Positions 43,914-56,419 of a DNA stretch of 64,000 nt are shown piece by piece (position 1 is the first letter of the stretch; each line of letters opens with the position of its first letter). The DNA comes from an uncultured Actinomycetes bacterium (GTDB lineage: Bacteria > Actinomycetota > Acidimicrobiia > IMCC26256 > PALSA-610). The translations under genes were made by a program, and so were the position numbers. The notes below the pieces were generated by a model. It was not told the DNA's origin. It saw nothing but the letters and a program-made list of their open reading frames with translations, and ran no database searches. Location: positions 1 through 64,000 of the forward strand of contig CAWEDT010000006.1 in assembly GCA_963807945.1 (NCBI GenBank). The letters are read 5' to 3'.

Positions 43914-44582
43914 ATGCCCGATGCCCTGCTCCCTGCCGAAGTTCGCCCCGAGAGGGGGAGTCGCCCCGCCGGCCGCCTGCGCCGTGAGGGTCGTCTGCCT
44001 GCAGTCGTGTACGGCCTCGGTAGCGACACGATCGCGGTCACGGTGTCGGCCAAGGCGCTGGGCAGCATCCTCACCTCCCGCACCGGTGCCAACACGCTGA
44101 TCACGCTCCAGATCGACGGGAGCGACCACCTCGCACTCGCGCGCCAGGTCGTACGCGACCCGGTGAAGGGCACGCTCACCCACGTCGACTTCGTGCGGGT
44201 GCGTGCCGACCAGACGATCACCGCCGAGGTGCGCTTGTCGCTGCTCGGCACGCCCGAGGGCGTCGCGCAGGGCGGCATGCTCGAACAGCTCATGCACACC
44301 CTCACCGTCGAAGGACTTCCCGGTCAGTTGCCGACCGAGATCGAGCACGACGTGGCCACACTCGTGCTCGGCGATCAACTTCACGTCAGCGACGTGCAGC
44401 TGCCGGCGGGTGTCGTCATCGCCAACGATCCGGGCGAGCTCATCGCCATGATCTCGGTTCCCCGTGGACTCGCCGAGGGCGAGGGCGAGGTTGCCGCGGT
44501 CGAGGGCGAAGAGGGTGCCGAGCCGGCCGAAGGTGCCGAGGGCGCACCCGCGGCGTCCGAGGATTCCGGCTCGTCGGAGTAG
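43914..44582 (+). CDS. rplY: 50S ribosomal protein L25/general stress protein Ctc
   Basis: ...ERGSRPAGRLRREGRLPAVVYG... with an acidic E/A-rich tail. Confidence 0.85.
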   Translation: MPDALLPAEVRPERGSRPAGRLRREGRLPAVVYGLGSDTIAVTVSAKALGSILTSRTGANTLITLQIDGSDHLALARQVVRDPVKGTLTHVDFVRVRADQTITAEVRLSLLGTPEGVAQGGMLEQLMHTLTVEGLPGQLPTEIEHDVATLVLGDQLHVSDVQLPAGVVIANDPGELIAMISVPRGLAEGEGEVAAVEGEEGAEPAEGAEGAPAASEDSGSSE

Positions 44583-44591
44583 GAGCTTCTC

Positions 44592-45218
44592 GTGTTGCGC
44601 CGCGGAACGCGTTCGTCGGCGCGCACGGGAACACCCGCCGACCTGCTCGTGGTCGGCCTCGGAAACCCCGGCGAGGAGTACACCAAGACGCGCCACAACG
44701 TCGGCGCGGAAGTGGTCGAGCTCCTCGCCAAGCGCCACGGCGGGAAGCTGCGCAAGAGCAAGGAGCTGCGCGCGACCGTCGACGAAGTGCGCGTGAACGG
44801 CAAGCGGATGGCGCTCGCGATCCCGACCACCTATATGAACGACTCCGGCCAGGCGGTTGCTCCGCTGGCGCGTCGGTTCGGCGTGGAGCCGGATCATCTC
44901 GTCGTCGTGCACGACGAGCTCGATCTCCCGGCCGCGGAGTTGCGCATCAAGCTCGGCGGCGGGCTCGCCGGGCACAACGGGCTGCGTTCGATCAAGCAGC
45001 ACCTCCACGACGACGGGTTTGCGCGGGTGCGCATCGGGGTGGGGAAACCCCCGTCGAAGGAACGCGGCGCCAATCACGTGTTGTCGGGGTTCTCGAAGCG
45101 GGACCGCGAGCAGATCGGGGTGACGCTCGAAGAGGCGGCCGACGCAGTCGAGCTGATCCTCACCGACGGGGTCGACGCCGCGATGAACCGCTACAACGGC
45201 CGCTCGGTCACGGACTGA
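44592..45218 (+). CDS. pth: Peptidyl-tRNA hydrolase
   Basis: ...LLVVGLGNPGEEYTKTRHNVG ... YMNDSGQAV ... VVHDELDLP ... GGHNGLRSI. Confidence 0.9.
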   Translation: MLRRGTRSSARTGTPADLLVVGLGNPGEEYTKTRHNVGAEVVELLAKRHGGKLRKSKELRATVDEVRVNGKRMALAIPTTYMNDSGQAVAPLARRFGVEPDHLVVVHDELDLPAAELRIKLGGGLAGHNGLRSIKQHLHDDGFARVRIGVGKPPSKERGANHVLSGFSKRDREQIGVTLEEAADAVELILTDGVDAAMNRYNGRSVTD

Positions 45219-45253
45219 AGCGAGCAGGCGTTCAGTTAGTGTGAATGGAACGA

Positions 45254-45282
45254 ACCCCGGGCGCGCGTGCGTCCCGGGTTAT
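45254..45282 (+). terminator. Hairpin + TTATT after pth
   Basis: ccccgggcgcgcgtgcgtcccggg followed by ttatt. Confidence 0.45.
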
Positions 45283-45325
45283 TGCGCGTTCACGTCTGAT
45301 CGTTGACCTCGGATTGTTGGCCGAA

Positions 45326-48300
45326 ATGCCTGATCTTCCTGCCCTCGGCGGGCTCACCACATTGCTCGGGTCCGACCCGATCGTCGCCGCGGCGACGGCG
45401 GGCGCGCGCGCCCGATCGCGGTTCCCGAACCGGCGCGCGCACTCTTCGCGGCCACGCTCGCGACCACTACCGCGCGCCGCCCGGTCGTGCTCGCAGTACC
45501 GACCGGGGTCGAAGCCGAACGGCTCGCCGCCGATCTGCGCGAGTACCTCGGGCCCGACCAAGTCGAGCTGTTCCCGGCCTGGGAGACGCTGCCGTTCGAG
45601 CGGGTCTCGCCCGCGATCGAGACCATGGGCCGGCGGCTGCGCGTCATCTGGCGGTTGCGGCACGGCCACGACGAGCCCTCGGTCTTGCCGGCCGTGGTCG
45701 TGGCTCCGGTGCGCGCGTTGGTGCAGCGGCTCGGTCCGCACGTCGAGGCGTTCGAGCCGATCGTCGTGCGGCCGGGTGACCAACTCGACCGGGATGGTCT
45801 GGTCGAGCAACTCGTCGCGATGGGGTACCGGCGCGAGTACCAGGTGGAGGCGCGCGGCGAGATCGCGGTGCGCGGCGCGATCGTCGACATCTACCCGTCT
45901 ACTGCCGACCATCCCGTGCGCATCGATCTGTGGGGTGACGAGGTCGATCGCCTCTCGCAGTTCTCGGTCGCCGATCAGCGCTCGACCATCTCGGTCGACG
46001 AGGCGCGGTTCTTTCCCGTGCGCGAGCTGCTCGCCACCGACGAGGTGCGCGAGCGCGCCGCGGAATTGTTGCGGACCGAGCCGTGGGGTTCGGAGCAGTG
46101 GGAGCGGTTGGCCGAAGGCCAGACCTTCGACGGCATGGAGTCGTGGCTGCCGTGGCTCTCACCGACCGAGCACTTGTTGCCCGACTTGTTGCCCGCGAGC
46201 GCGATCGTCGCCTTGTTCGAGCCGAAGCGACTGCGCGACCGCGGCACAAGAGTTGCTCGACGAAGAAGCCGCGCTCGCGTCGGCGCTCTCGACCACGTGG
46301 GGTGCGAAGCTCGATCTCGAGACGTCGCCCCGGTTGTCGTTGCCGTTCGAACGGTTGCTCGCGCACACGAAGGCGCAAACGGTGCCGGTGTTGAGCAGTC
46401 CCGACAATCCGGATACTGCAGTGCTCGCCGCGACCGCGTTCGATCCGGTGGTCGGCGACACCGACGCGCTCGGGCGCCGGCTCACGAAGCTGCGCACCGA
46501 CGGGTTCAAGGTATTCATCGCGGCCGAAGGGACGGGCTCGGCCGATCGCATCGAGCAGTTGATCTCGGAAGAGGGCGTGCAGGTCGATCGGGTCAGCGCG
46601 ATCGACGCGTCGAGCGCGGTGTTGCAGGCGCCGGGTGTGCACGTCGTGATCGCGCCGCTCGATCGCGGCGTGGTGCTGCCGGGCATCCAACTCGCGATCG
46701 TCGCGGAAGCGGACCTGACCGGTCGCCGCCGGGTGCACCGCAAGCCGCGGGGCGCGCGCCGCGGTGTCGACTACTACGAAGGTCTGGCCAAGGGTGACTT
46801 CGTCGTGCATCGCGTGCACGGCGTCGGCCGTTACCTCGGCATGGAAGCGCGCGAGATGTTCGGCATCACGCGCGACCGGCTGGTCATCGAGTTCAAAGGC
46901 ACCGACCGCGTCTACGTCGACTCCGAAGACATCGGCCTGATCCGTAAGTACACCGGCGGAGAGACACCGCGACTCTCGAAAATGGGCGGCGCGGACTGGG
47001 AAAAGACGCGCGCCGGAGTGCGCAGCGCGGTCAGGGACATCGCGGGTGAGCTCGTCGTTCTCTACCGGCGGCGCATGGCGACACCCGGCCACGCGTTCGC
47101 ACCCGACACGCCGTTCCAACATCAGATCGAGGACGCGTTCCCCTACGAGGAAACGCCCGATCAGGCCAAGGCGATCGTCGAGACGAAGGCCGACATGGAA
47201 CGACCCATTCCGATGGACCGGCTCGTGTGCGGCGACGTGGGCTACGGCAAGACCGAGGTCGCGCTGCGCGCGGCGGCGAAAGCGGTGTTCGACGGCAAGC
47301 AGGTCGCGATCCTCGTGCCCACCACGTTGCTCGCGAGTCAGCACGGTCAGACGTTCCGCGAACGCTTCGCGAACTACCCGGTGCGCGTCGAGGTGCTCTC
47401 GCGCTTCTTGTCGGCGAAGGAGCAGACCGAAGTCGTCAAGGGTGTGCAGGACGGCACAGTCGACATCGTCATCGGGACGCACCGGCTGCTCTCCGACGAC
47501 ATGCACTTCAAGGATCTCGGCCTCCTCGTCGTCGACGAGGAACAACGGTTCGGCGTGCAGCACAAGGAGCGCATCAAGGGGATGCGCACGAGCGTCGACA
47601 TCCTCACGCTCACGGCTACGCCGATCCCGCGCACGCTCGAGATGTCGCTCACGGGCATCCGCGATCTGTCGCTCGTGAACACACCGCCCGAAGATCGCCA
47701 ACCGATCCTCACGTATGTGAACGAGTACGACCCGCGCGCGGTGTCGGAGGCGATCCGGCGCGAGTTGCTGCGTGAAGGTCAAGTGCTGTTCGTGCACAAC
47801 CGGGTGAAAGACATCGAGCACGTGGCCGCCGACGTGCGCGAGCTCGTTCCCGAAGCGCGGGTCACGGTCGCGCACGGTCAGATGGACGAGAACCGCCTCG
47901 AGCGCGTGGTGCAGGAGTTCTGGGAGCACGAACACGACGTGCTCGTGTGCACAACGATCGTGGAGAGCGGTCTCGACATGCCGACCGTGAACACACTCGT
48001 CGTCGACCGGGCCGATCGTCTCGGGCTCGCGCAGCTCTACCAGTTGCGCGGCCGCGTCGGTCGCCGCGGGCAACGCGCCTACGCCTACCTGTTGTATCCG
48101 AGCGATCACAAGCTCTCGGAAGAGGCGTACGAACGGCTGAAGACGATCGGTGAGTTCACCGAGCTCGGCTCCGGTTTCAAGATCGCGATGCGCGACCTCG
48201 AGATCCGCGGCGCGGGCAGCCTGCTCGGTGCCGAACAGTCAGGTCACATTGCCGCGGTCGGTTTCGACCTCTACGTGGAGATGGTCACCGAAGCGGTCGA

Positions 48301-48784
48301 CGAACTCACCGAGACCGCGCGCGAAGTCACCGAAGACGTACAGATCGATCTGCCCGTGACCGCGCATCTTCCGCGCGAATACATCGCGCGCGACGACGTG
48401 CGCATGGAGGCGTACCGACGGCTGGCCGCGGTCACGACTCCCGAAGACGTCGAAGATGTTCGGGCCGAATGGAACGACCGCTACGGCCCACCGCCCGCGC
48501 CGGCCGCGGTGCTTCTCGACGTCGCCCGCCTGCGCGCGGAGTGTTTGCGGCTCGGCATCCGTGCAGTTTCCGTGCAGAAGGGCCGCGCCCGATTCGAAGG
48601 TTGGGAGCTGAGAAAATCACAGGAAGTGCGCTTGCAGCGGCTGTCACCGCGCGCCCAAGTCGTCGGCGACGTCGTAATCGTGCCGGTTTCCGCGACCGCC
48701 GATGTCTCGCTTCCCGAGGCTCTGCTCAAATTGCTGGAAGCGATCGTTCCCGCGGAAGCCGCCCCGATACGATCCACCGGATGA
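45326..48784 (+). CDS. mfd: Transcription-repair coupling factor; >=2 frameshifts in the N-terminal third (about 45400-46260)
   Basis: N-terminal UvrB-like region VLAVPTGVEAERLAADLREY...LFPAWETLPFERVSP. Helicase motifs VCGDVGYGKTEVALRAAAKAV and DEEQRFG. C-terminal TRG/CarD region. Colinear with the mycobacterial Mfd sequence as I recall it. Confidence 0.9.
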   Translation: MPDLPALGGLTTLLGSDPIVAAATAGARARSRFPNRRAHSSRPRSRPLPRAARSCSQYRPGSKPNGSPPICASTSGPTKSSCSRPGRRCRSSGSRPRSRPWAGGCASSGGCGTATTSPRSCRPWSWLRCARWCSGSVRTSRRSSRSSCGRVTNSTGMVWSSNSSRWGTGASTRWRRAARSRCAARSSTSTRLLPTIPCASICGVTRSIASRSSRSPISARPSRSTRRGSFPCASCSPPTRCASAPRNCCGPSRGVRSSGSGWPKARPSTAWSRGCRGSHRPSTCCPTCCPRARSSPCSSRSDCATAAQELLDEEAALASALSTTWGAKLDLETSPRLSLPFERLLAHTKAQTVPVLSSPDNPDTAVLAATAFDPVVGDTDALGRRLTKLRTDGFKVFIAAEGTGSADRIEQLISEEGVQVDRVSAIDASSAVLQAPGVHVVIAPLDRGVVLPGIQLAIVAEADLTGRRRVHRKPRGARRGVDYYEGLAKGDFVVHRVHGVGRYLGMEAREMFGITRDRLVIEFKGTDRVYVDSEDIGLIRKYTGGETPRLSKMGGADWEKTRAGVRSAVRDIAGELVVLYRRRMATPGHAFAPDTPFQHQIEDAFPYEETPDQAKAIVETKADMERPIPMDRLVCGDVGYGKTEVALRAAAKAVFDGKQVAILVPTTLLASQHGQTFRERFANYPVRVEVLSRFLSAKEQTEVVKGVQDGTVDIVIGTHRLLSDDMHFKDLGLLVVDEEQRFGVQHKERIKGMRTSVDILTLTATPIPRTLEMSLTGIRDLSLVNTPPEDRQPILTYVNEYDPRAVSEAIRRELLREGQVLFVHNRVKDIEHVAADVRELVPEARVTVAHGQMDENRLERVVQEFWEHEHDVLVCTTIVESGLDMPTVNTLVVDRADRLGLAQLYQLRGRVGRRGQRAYAYLLYPSDHKLSEEAYERLKTIGEFTELGSGFKIAMRDLEIRGAGSLLGAEQSGHIAAVGFDLYVEMVTEAVDELTETAREVTEDVQIDLPVTAHLPREYIARDDVRMEAYRRLAAVTTPEDVEDVRAEWNDRYGPPPAPAAVLLDVARLRAECLRLGIRAVSVQKGRARFEGWELRKSQEVRLQRLSPRAQVVGDVVIVPVSATADVSLPEALLKLLEAIVPAEAAPIRSTG

Positions 48785-49878
48785 AACGCCCCTTTGCGCT
48801 CTTGATCGCGCTCGTCGTCGTCGCACTCGTTGGAACCGGATGCGGGAGCAACGGCACGTCGAGCACGCTCGACGATGCCGCCACGATGACCTACACGACC
48901 AAGGGTCAGGCGCACACGTTGCACGTCAGCCGCGCCCGACTTCTGAGCGAAGTGCGCGGCATCGTGAACAACGCTCCGTTCCTGAAGGCGCTCAAGACCC
49001 TCAACCCGCCGATCAACGCGACCAAGGATCTTTCGGCCGATTCGAAGCTCACCGCGATTTGGCTGACCCAGCTCATTCAGCAGGCGACGATCGACGAGTT
49101 GTACAAGACGCGCCATGCCCACGTGACCGCCGCGATCGAGAAGAAGGCCGCTACCGACGCCGCTTCCATCTTCCCCGGTGCCGATATCTTCCCGGCGTTC
49201 CCCAAGTCGTTCCGCGACACGATGACCGAGCGCACCGCGCGGTCGGAGGCGCTGCTCGCGACCTACGTCGACACGTCGGATGCGGCGGGGCAGGCGTACT
49301 TCCAGTCGCACGCGGCGCAGTTCGGTTGCGCCTCGGGCAAGGACGTCGCGCACATCCTCGTGAAGACTCCCGAGGAGGCCCAGGCGATCGAGACGCAGCT
49401 CGCGGCCGGCGCGTCGTTCGCGACGCTCGCGAAGGCGAAGTCGACCGACACCGGGAGCGCGCCGGCGGGCGGCACGCTCGGCTGCCTCACGGCCGGCGAG
49501 TTCGTTGCCCCGTTCCAGAAGGCAGCCGAGGCGGCGACGGTCGGGGTGCCGACCGCGCCGGTGCACTCGTCGTTCGGCTACCACGTCATCCTCGTCACCA
49601 AGGCGGCCGCGGCCACCTACGCCGATGTGAAGGCACAGGTCACCCAAGCGCTCCAGCAAGCGGGTTCGAAGAACTTCAGCGATGCGGTGAACGGGCTCTT
49701 CAAGCAATACAAGGTGCACGTCGATCCCCGCTTCGGGACTTGGGGCCACACCACCGACGCGCAGGGCCAGGTCAGCTACGAAGTGACCGAGAACACGCCG
49801 CCGAACCCGGCGACGTCGCGTGACGGCTCGACGACAACGGCGACCACCCTCCCGGCCGCGGCGACCGGAACTCCGTAA
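48781..49878 (+). CDS. PpiC/parvulin-type peptidyl-prolyl isomerase lipoprotein (SurA/PrsA-like)
   Basis: MKRPFALLIALVVVALVGTGCGS (lipobox), then a parvulin domain ...VAHILVKTPEEAQAIETQLAAGASFATLAKAKSTD...GGTLGCLTAGEFVAPF. ATGA overlap with the mfd stop. Confidence 0.8.
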   Translation: MKRPFALLIALVVVALVGTGCGSNGTSSTLDDAATMTYTTKGQAHTLHVSRARLLSEVRGIVNNAPFLKALKTLNPPINATKDLSADSKLTAIWLTQLIQQATIDELYKTRHAHVTAAIEKKAATDAASIFPGADIFPAFPKSFRDTMTERTARSEALLATYVDTSDAAGQAYFQSHAAQFGCASGKDVAHILVKTPEEAQAIETQLAAGASFATLAKAKSTDTGSAPAGGTLGCLTAGEFVAPFQKAAEAATVGVPTAPVHSSFGYHVILVTKAAAATYADVKAQVTQALQQAGSKNFSDAVNGLFKQYKVHVDPRFGTWGHTTDAQGQVSYEVTENTPPNPATSRDGSTTTATTLPAAATGTP

Positions 49879-49881
49879 GTC

Positions 49882-51339
49882 GTGCGCAAGCCGCGTGTCG
49901 TCGTGGTCGGGCTCGGGCCGGCGGGTGCCGACCTGCTGCTCCCGGCCGCACGCGCCGCGCTCGAGCGGGTGCCGGTGCGCTTCGTTCGCACCGCGCGCCA
50001 TCCCGCGGTCGTCGATCTTGCGCGTGAGGGCATCGAGCTGGAGCCGCTCGACCTGCTCTACGACAGCGCCGATGACTTCGACGCGGTCTACGCCGCGATC
50101 GCGGATCGCGTGGTCGAGACGGCCCGCGAACGCGGTGAGATCGTCTACGCGGTTCCGGGCAGCCCGACGGTCGCGGAACGCAGCGTCGAGCTCGTGCGCG
50201 CCGCCGGACTCGACATCGAGCTGATTCCGGGTATCTCGTTCGTCGACCTCGCATGGTGGCGACTCGACATCGACCCGATGCACGGTGCGCGCGTCGTCGA
50301 CGCGCGCTCCTTTGCGATCGACGCGGCCGGGGCCAGCGGTCCGATGCTCCTCGCGCAGTGCGACTCGCGTCAGGTGTGCTCCGACGTGAAGCTCGCGTTG
50401 CTCGAGACGCTCGCTCCCGATCATGAGATCACGGTGCTCCAACGCCTCGGTCTGCCCGACGAGAGTGTGTTCACTGTTGCGCTCGAGGATCTCGACCGCG
50501 AGGTCGAACCCGATCACCTCACGTCATTGTTCGTCGACACCGGATCGGTTGCCGTCGGTCCGGAGTTGGCGCGACTGCTCGCGCTCACCGAACGACTGCG
50601 CGGTCCCGGTGGGTGCCCGTGGGACGCGAAGCAGACGCATCATTCGCTCCGCCGGCACGTGCTCGAAGAAGCGTACGAAGTGGTCGAGGCGATCGAGCTG
50701 CTCCCGCCCGACGCGCCCGGCGGCGACATTCCCATCGGCGCGTACGACGCACTCGAAGACGAGCTCGGCGACCTCCTCTTCCAAGTGATGATCCAGTCGG
50801 TGCTCGCGGCCGAAGCGGGCGCATTCACCGTTGCCGACGTTGCCCGCGCCGTGCACGCGAAGCTCGTTCGCCGGCACCCGCACGTGTTCGGTGACGTGCA
50901 GGTGAACGACGCGAGCGAGGTCGTCACCAACTGGGAACAGATCAAGAAGACCGAGAAGGACGACCAGTCGCTCGTGGCCGGCGTGACCGCGGGCCTGCCG
51001 TCGTTGATCGCGGCGCAGAAGTTGTTCCGCAAGGGATCGTCGATCGGACTCGAGCCGGAGCTCGATCTCGAGCGCGCGGTGCGCGGGCTCATCGACGCCG
51101 ACGCGGCGGATGCCGCTGATGTCGAAGCGGCGTTGGGCGCGGTACTCGCCGCGACCGCCGCGTTCGGACGCGATCATGACATCGACGCGGAGTCGGCCTT
51201 GGCCAGCTGGGCTCGTCGGTACAAGGATCGCTTCCGGAGGATGGAGCAGCTCGCCGCGGATGCGAACGTCGATCTTGCCGGCGCGCCGCCGGAGCGCGTG
51301 CGTGACCTATGGGAGAGCGCGGGCCCGAGCGCGCAGTAG
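49882..51339 (+). CDS. mazG: MazG nucleoside-triphosphate pyrophosphohydrolase with N-terminal tetrapyrrole-methylase-like domain
   Basis: ...VVVGLGPAGADLL... ...EEAYEVVEAIE...ELGDLLFQVMIQSVLAAE and a second EExxE MazG repeat. Confidence 0.85.
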   Translation: MRKPRVVVVGLGPAGADLLLPAARAALERVPVRFVRTARHPAVVDLAREGIELEPLDLLYDSADDFDAVYAAIADRVVETARERGEIVYAVPGSPTVAERSVELVRAAGLDIELIPGISFVDLAWWRLDIDPMHGARVVDARSFAIDAAGASGPMLLAQCDSRQVCSDVKLALLETLAPDHEITVLQRLGLPDESVFTVALEDLDREVEPDHLTSLFVDTGSVAVGPELARLLALTERLRGPGGCPWDAKQTHHSLRRHVLEEAYEVVEAIELLPPDAPGGDIPIGAYDALEDELGDLLFQVMIQSVLAAEAGAFTVADVARAVHAKLVRRHPHVFGDVQVNDASEVVTNWEQIKKTEKDDQSLVAGVTAGLPSLIAAQKLFRKGSSIGLEPELDLERAVRGLIDADAADAADVEAALGAVLAATAAFGRDHDIDAESALASWARRYKDRFRRMEQLAADANVDLAGAPPERVRDLWESAGPSAQ

Positions 51340-51360
51340 GTTCACCGACGGAGGTCTTCC

Positions 51361-52134
51361 ATGGCTGTCGGTATCGCAATCGTCATCATCGTCATCGTTC
51401 TGTTCATCGTGCTCCTTCAGGGTCTCCGGATCGTGCAGGAGTACGAACGGGGCGTGATCTTTCGCCTCGGCCGTTGTGTCGGCGCGAAGGGGCCCGGCCT
51501 CTTCTACATCATCCCGTTTCTCGACAAGATGCGGAAGGTGAACCTGCAGACGCAAGCGGTTCCGGTCGCGTCGCAACAGGTGATCACCAAGGACAACGTG
51601 ACGGTCGCGGTCGACGCGGTCGCATATTTCCGTGTCGTCGACCCGGTCGCGTCGGTGATCAAGATCCAGAACTGGTTCAACGCCGCGCAACTCGTCGCGC
51701 AAACGTCACTGCGTTCGATCATCGGTCGCCACGAGCTCGACCAGTTGCTCGGCGAACGAGATCGCATCAACAGCGAGCTCAAGACCGCACTCGACGAGCA
51801 GACCGAGGCGTGGGGCGTGCAGGTCGATCTCGTGGAGGTCAGAGACGTCGGGCTTCCCGAGCAGATGCAGCGCGCGATGGCGCGTCAAGCCGAGGCGGAA
51901 CGAGAACGGCGGGCCAAGATCATCGCGGCGGAGGGTGAAGCGCAAGCCGCCGAGCGGCTCGGTCAGGCGGCCGACACGATGAGCGCGAATCCGGGTGCGA
52001 TGCAGCTGCGTACGCTGCAGACGATGGCCGAGATCGCGACCGAGCGGAACTCCACGATCATCTTTCCGATCCCGGTCGAGGTCATCAGCATCTTCCGGGG
52101 CCTGGCCGAACGATTCGGCCCGACCGGTTCGTGA
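51361..52134 (+). CDS. SPFH/band-7 (stomatin/HflK/C-like) membrane protein
   Basis: N-terminal TM. VQEYERGVIFRLGRCVGAKGPGLFYIIPFLDKMRKVNLQTQ. Intact. Confidence 0.85.
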   Translation: MAVGIAIVIIVIVLFIVLLQGLRIVQEYERGVIFRLGRCVGAKGPGLFYIIPFLDKMRKVNLQTQAVPVASQQVITKDNVTVAVDAVAYFRVVDPVASVIKIQNWFNAAQLVAQTSLRSIIGRHELDQLLGERDRINSELKTALDEQTEAWGVQVDLVEVRDVGLPEQMQRAMARQAEAERERRAKIIAAEGEAQAAERLGQAADTMSANPGAMQLRTLQTMAEIATERNSTIIFPIPVEVISIFRGLAERFGPTGS

Positions 52135-53083
52135 TGATGCGGTTGTGGTCGGACGAGATCGAGGCCATGCGCGCCGAGGCGCGCGAGGTGGTCGCGGGCG
52201 GCAGCCAGTTCATGGCGGTCGACGCGTCGGCTTCAGCCGGGTTGTCACGCGACGAGCAGGTGGCCCTCGCTCGCGCCGGGATCGACGCCAACACGTATCC
52301 CGTACCCGAAGCCGAGGAACGCACGATCGGCGGTGTGGCCTGCCGGGTGCATCGGCCCGCGGGTGACGCGCGCGCGGTCTATCTCCACTTCCACGGCGGC
52401 GGGATGATCTCGGGTTCGGCGTCGTTGATGGACATCCCCAACCAGATGCTCGCGGGTGAGCACAACGTCGCGATCGTGTCGGTGGAATACCGCAAGGCGC
52501 CGGAGTTCCCCTGGCCCGCCGGACCCGACGATGGTGCGGCGGTGGCGCGGGCGTTGCTCGACGGCGTGGCCGCGGAGCTCGGATCGGAACGGTTGCTCAT
52601 CGGCGGCGAGTCGGCCGGCGGTTATATGGCCGCCGCGGTCGCGCTCCGCGTGCGGGAGATGGGTGCGATCGATCGGGTCGACGGATTGAACCTCACCTAT
52701 GGGGTGCACGACTGGGGCGGGAATCCGAGTCAGCACGGCGTGCGCGTGACCGAGGGACCCGACGTGCTCTCGCCCGCGTTCATGGAGCTTGCGCGGCGAA
52801 TGCTTCGTCCCCGGCATGACCTCCGACGAGCGCCGGGCCCCCGAAGTCTCACCGTGCTTCGCCGACCTGCGCGGCATGCCGCCATGCTTCGTGGCGGCGG
52901 GTACGTCCGACCATCTCTTCGACGATTCCCTCACGTTCGCCACCCGCGCGGCCGCGGCCGGCGTCGATGTCGACTTCTTCGTGCTGCCCGAGATGCCGCA
53001 CACGTTCCAGGTGTACGACTGCGGGATCACACGAGCGTGGGGCCAAGCGCCAGTCGGAGTGGTTCGCCGCCCGCCTCGCCTGA
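52131..53083 (+). CDS. Alpha/beta-hydrolase fold-3 esterase/lipase; 2 frameshifts
   Basis: YLHFHGGGMISGS is the HGGG oxyanion motif. LIGGESAGGYMAA is the GxSxG nucleophile. Confidence 0.75.
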
Positions 53084-53132
53084 TCGGACGGTTTTCGCCG
53101 AGAATCGGGCCCAAGATGCCATCAGAAGTAGG

Positions 53133-53157
53133 AACGCGGTCTGACAGACCGCGTTTC
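53133..53157 (+). terminator. Hairpin after the esterase gene
   Basis: aacgcggtctg-a-cagaccgcgtt perfect inverted repeat then ttcgcc. Confidence 0.45.
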
Positions 53158-53224
53158 GCCATCAAATCGGGCGGCCGGCGCCGGCAGCGCCGAACGCACG
53201 TTCGCCCCCATTGCCCCGGTTTGA

Positions 53225-55003
<1,779 letters not shown>

Positions 55004-55030
55004 TTCGTCTCCTTTCGTAGACTCGGCGCC

Positions 55031-55489
55031 GTGCCGGTCACCGAATCCGACGTTGCTGCGCTCACGGTGCTCCTGGGCCGCGCGCCGCGCGGCACCTTCG
55101 AGATCGTGGTCCGCGCGCCGGGCGGCGAACCGGTCGTGATCCGGAACTCGCCGCTGCTCGATGACGGCACCCCGATGCCGACCCGGTTCTGGCTCGTCGA
55201 CCCGGCGCTCGGAACGCGCGTCGCGCGCGTCGAGTCGGCGGGCGGCGTGCGCGCGGCCGAGGCCGCGGTCGACGCCGACGAGTTGCAAGCCGCGCACGAT
55301 CGCTACGCGGCCGAACGCGACGCCGCGCTACCGGTCGGCCACGAGGGTCCGCGTCCGCACGGCGGGGTCGGTGGTACTCGACGCGGCGTGAAGTGTCTCC
55401 ACGCGCACTACGCGTTCCATCTCGCGGGCGGCGACGATCCGGTGGGTCGGTGGGTTGCGGCCGCGCTCGCGGAAGAAGACGCCTCGTGA
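55031..55489 (+). CDS. DUF501-domain protein
   Basis: ...RFWLVDPALGTRVARVESAGGV... ...KCLHAHYAFHLAGGDDPVGRWV. Confidence 0.75.
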   Translation: MPVTESDVAALTVLLGRAPRGTFEIVVRAPGGEPVVIRNSPLLDDGTPMPTRFWLVDPALGTRVARVESAGGVRAAEAAVDADELQAAHDRYAAERDAALPVGHEGPRPHGGVGGTRRGVKCLHAHYAFHLAGGDDPVGRWVAAALAEEDAS

Positions 55490-56409
55490 CGCGCGTTGCC
55501 GCGGTCGACATCGGCACGAACTCGACCCGTCTGCTCGTGGCCGACGTGAGTGGTCCGGGCCGCGACGCGCAGCTGACGACCATCGATCGCCGAACGCGGA
55601 TCACGCGGCTGGGTCAGGGCGTGAACCAGTCGCGCCGGCTCGATCCCGAAGCGATCGCGCGCACGCTCAAGGTGTTGACCGAGTACCAAGCCGTGATCGC
55701 GGCCAACGACGTCACGCGCGTACGCATGACCGCAACCAGTGCTTCGCGAGACGCGACGAACCGCGACGAGTTCTTCGATCCGGTCGAGCAGCTGATGGGT
55801 CAGCGGCCCGAGCTCTTGAGCGGCGAAGAGGAAGCGAGCGCCGAGTTCATCGGTGCGACCGCGGGGTTGACCGAGCCCGAGCCGTATCTCGTCGTCGACG
55901 TGGGCGGTGGCTCCACCGAGTTCATCGCGGGGGTCGCCGAGCCCGCGGAGTTGATGTCGATCGATGTCGGTTGCGTGCGGCTCACCGAGCAGTTCCTGCA
56001 CTCCGATCCGCCGTCGCCCGAAGAGTTGAGCGTCGCAGTGTCGGTCGTGCGCGATCACCTCACCGACGTCGACCGGGCGGTCACCGGCGCCGCGCACGCG
56101 AAGACGCTCATCGGGACGGCCGGGACCGCGTGGACGATGGGCGCGATCGAGCTCGGCGTCGACGCGTCGGAGAGCGAGCGCATTCACCACTTCCGGCTGT
56201 CACGGGTTGCGGCGGAGGAGATCTTCCGCACGCTCGCGACCGAGCCGATCTCGCGGCGCAAGCACAATCCCGGTCTCGAACCGGGCCGGGTCGACGTGAT
56301 CGTCGGCGGCGTGATCGTGATCGTCTCCGTCATGCGGCACTGGGGTTTCGACGAGATGCTCATCTCCGAGGCCGACATCCTCGACGGCCTCGCCCGCTCG
56401 ATCGCGTAG
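55486..56409 (+). CDS. ppx: Exopolyphosphatase/guanosine pentaphosphate phosphohydrolase family (Ppx/GppA)
   Basis: GTG overlaps the DUF501 stop. [18 protein letters not shown]... ...[11 protein letters not shown]. Confidence 0.85.
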   Translation: MTRVAAVDIGTNSTRLLVADVSGPGRDAQLTTIDRRTRITRLGQGVNQSRRLDPEAIARTLKVLTEYQAVIAANDVTRVRMTATSASRDATNRDEFFDPVEQLMGQRPELLSGEEEASAEFIGATAGLTEPEPYLVVDVGGGSTEFIAGVAEPAELMSIDVGCVRLTEQFLHSDPPSPEELSVAVSVVRDHLTDVDRAVTGAAHAKTLIGTAGTAWTMGAIELGVDASESERIHHFRLSRVAAEEIFRTLATEPISRRKHNPGLEPGRVDVIVGGVIVIVSVMRHWGFDEMLISEADILDGLARSIA

Positions 56410-56419
56410 CTTCCCCTTC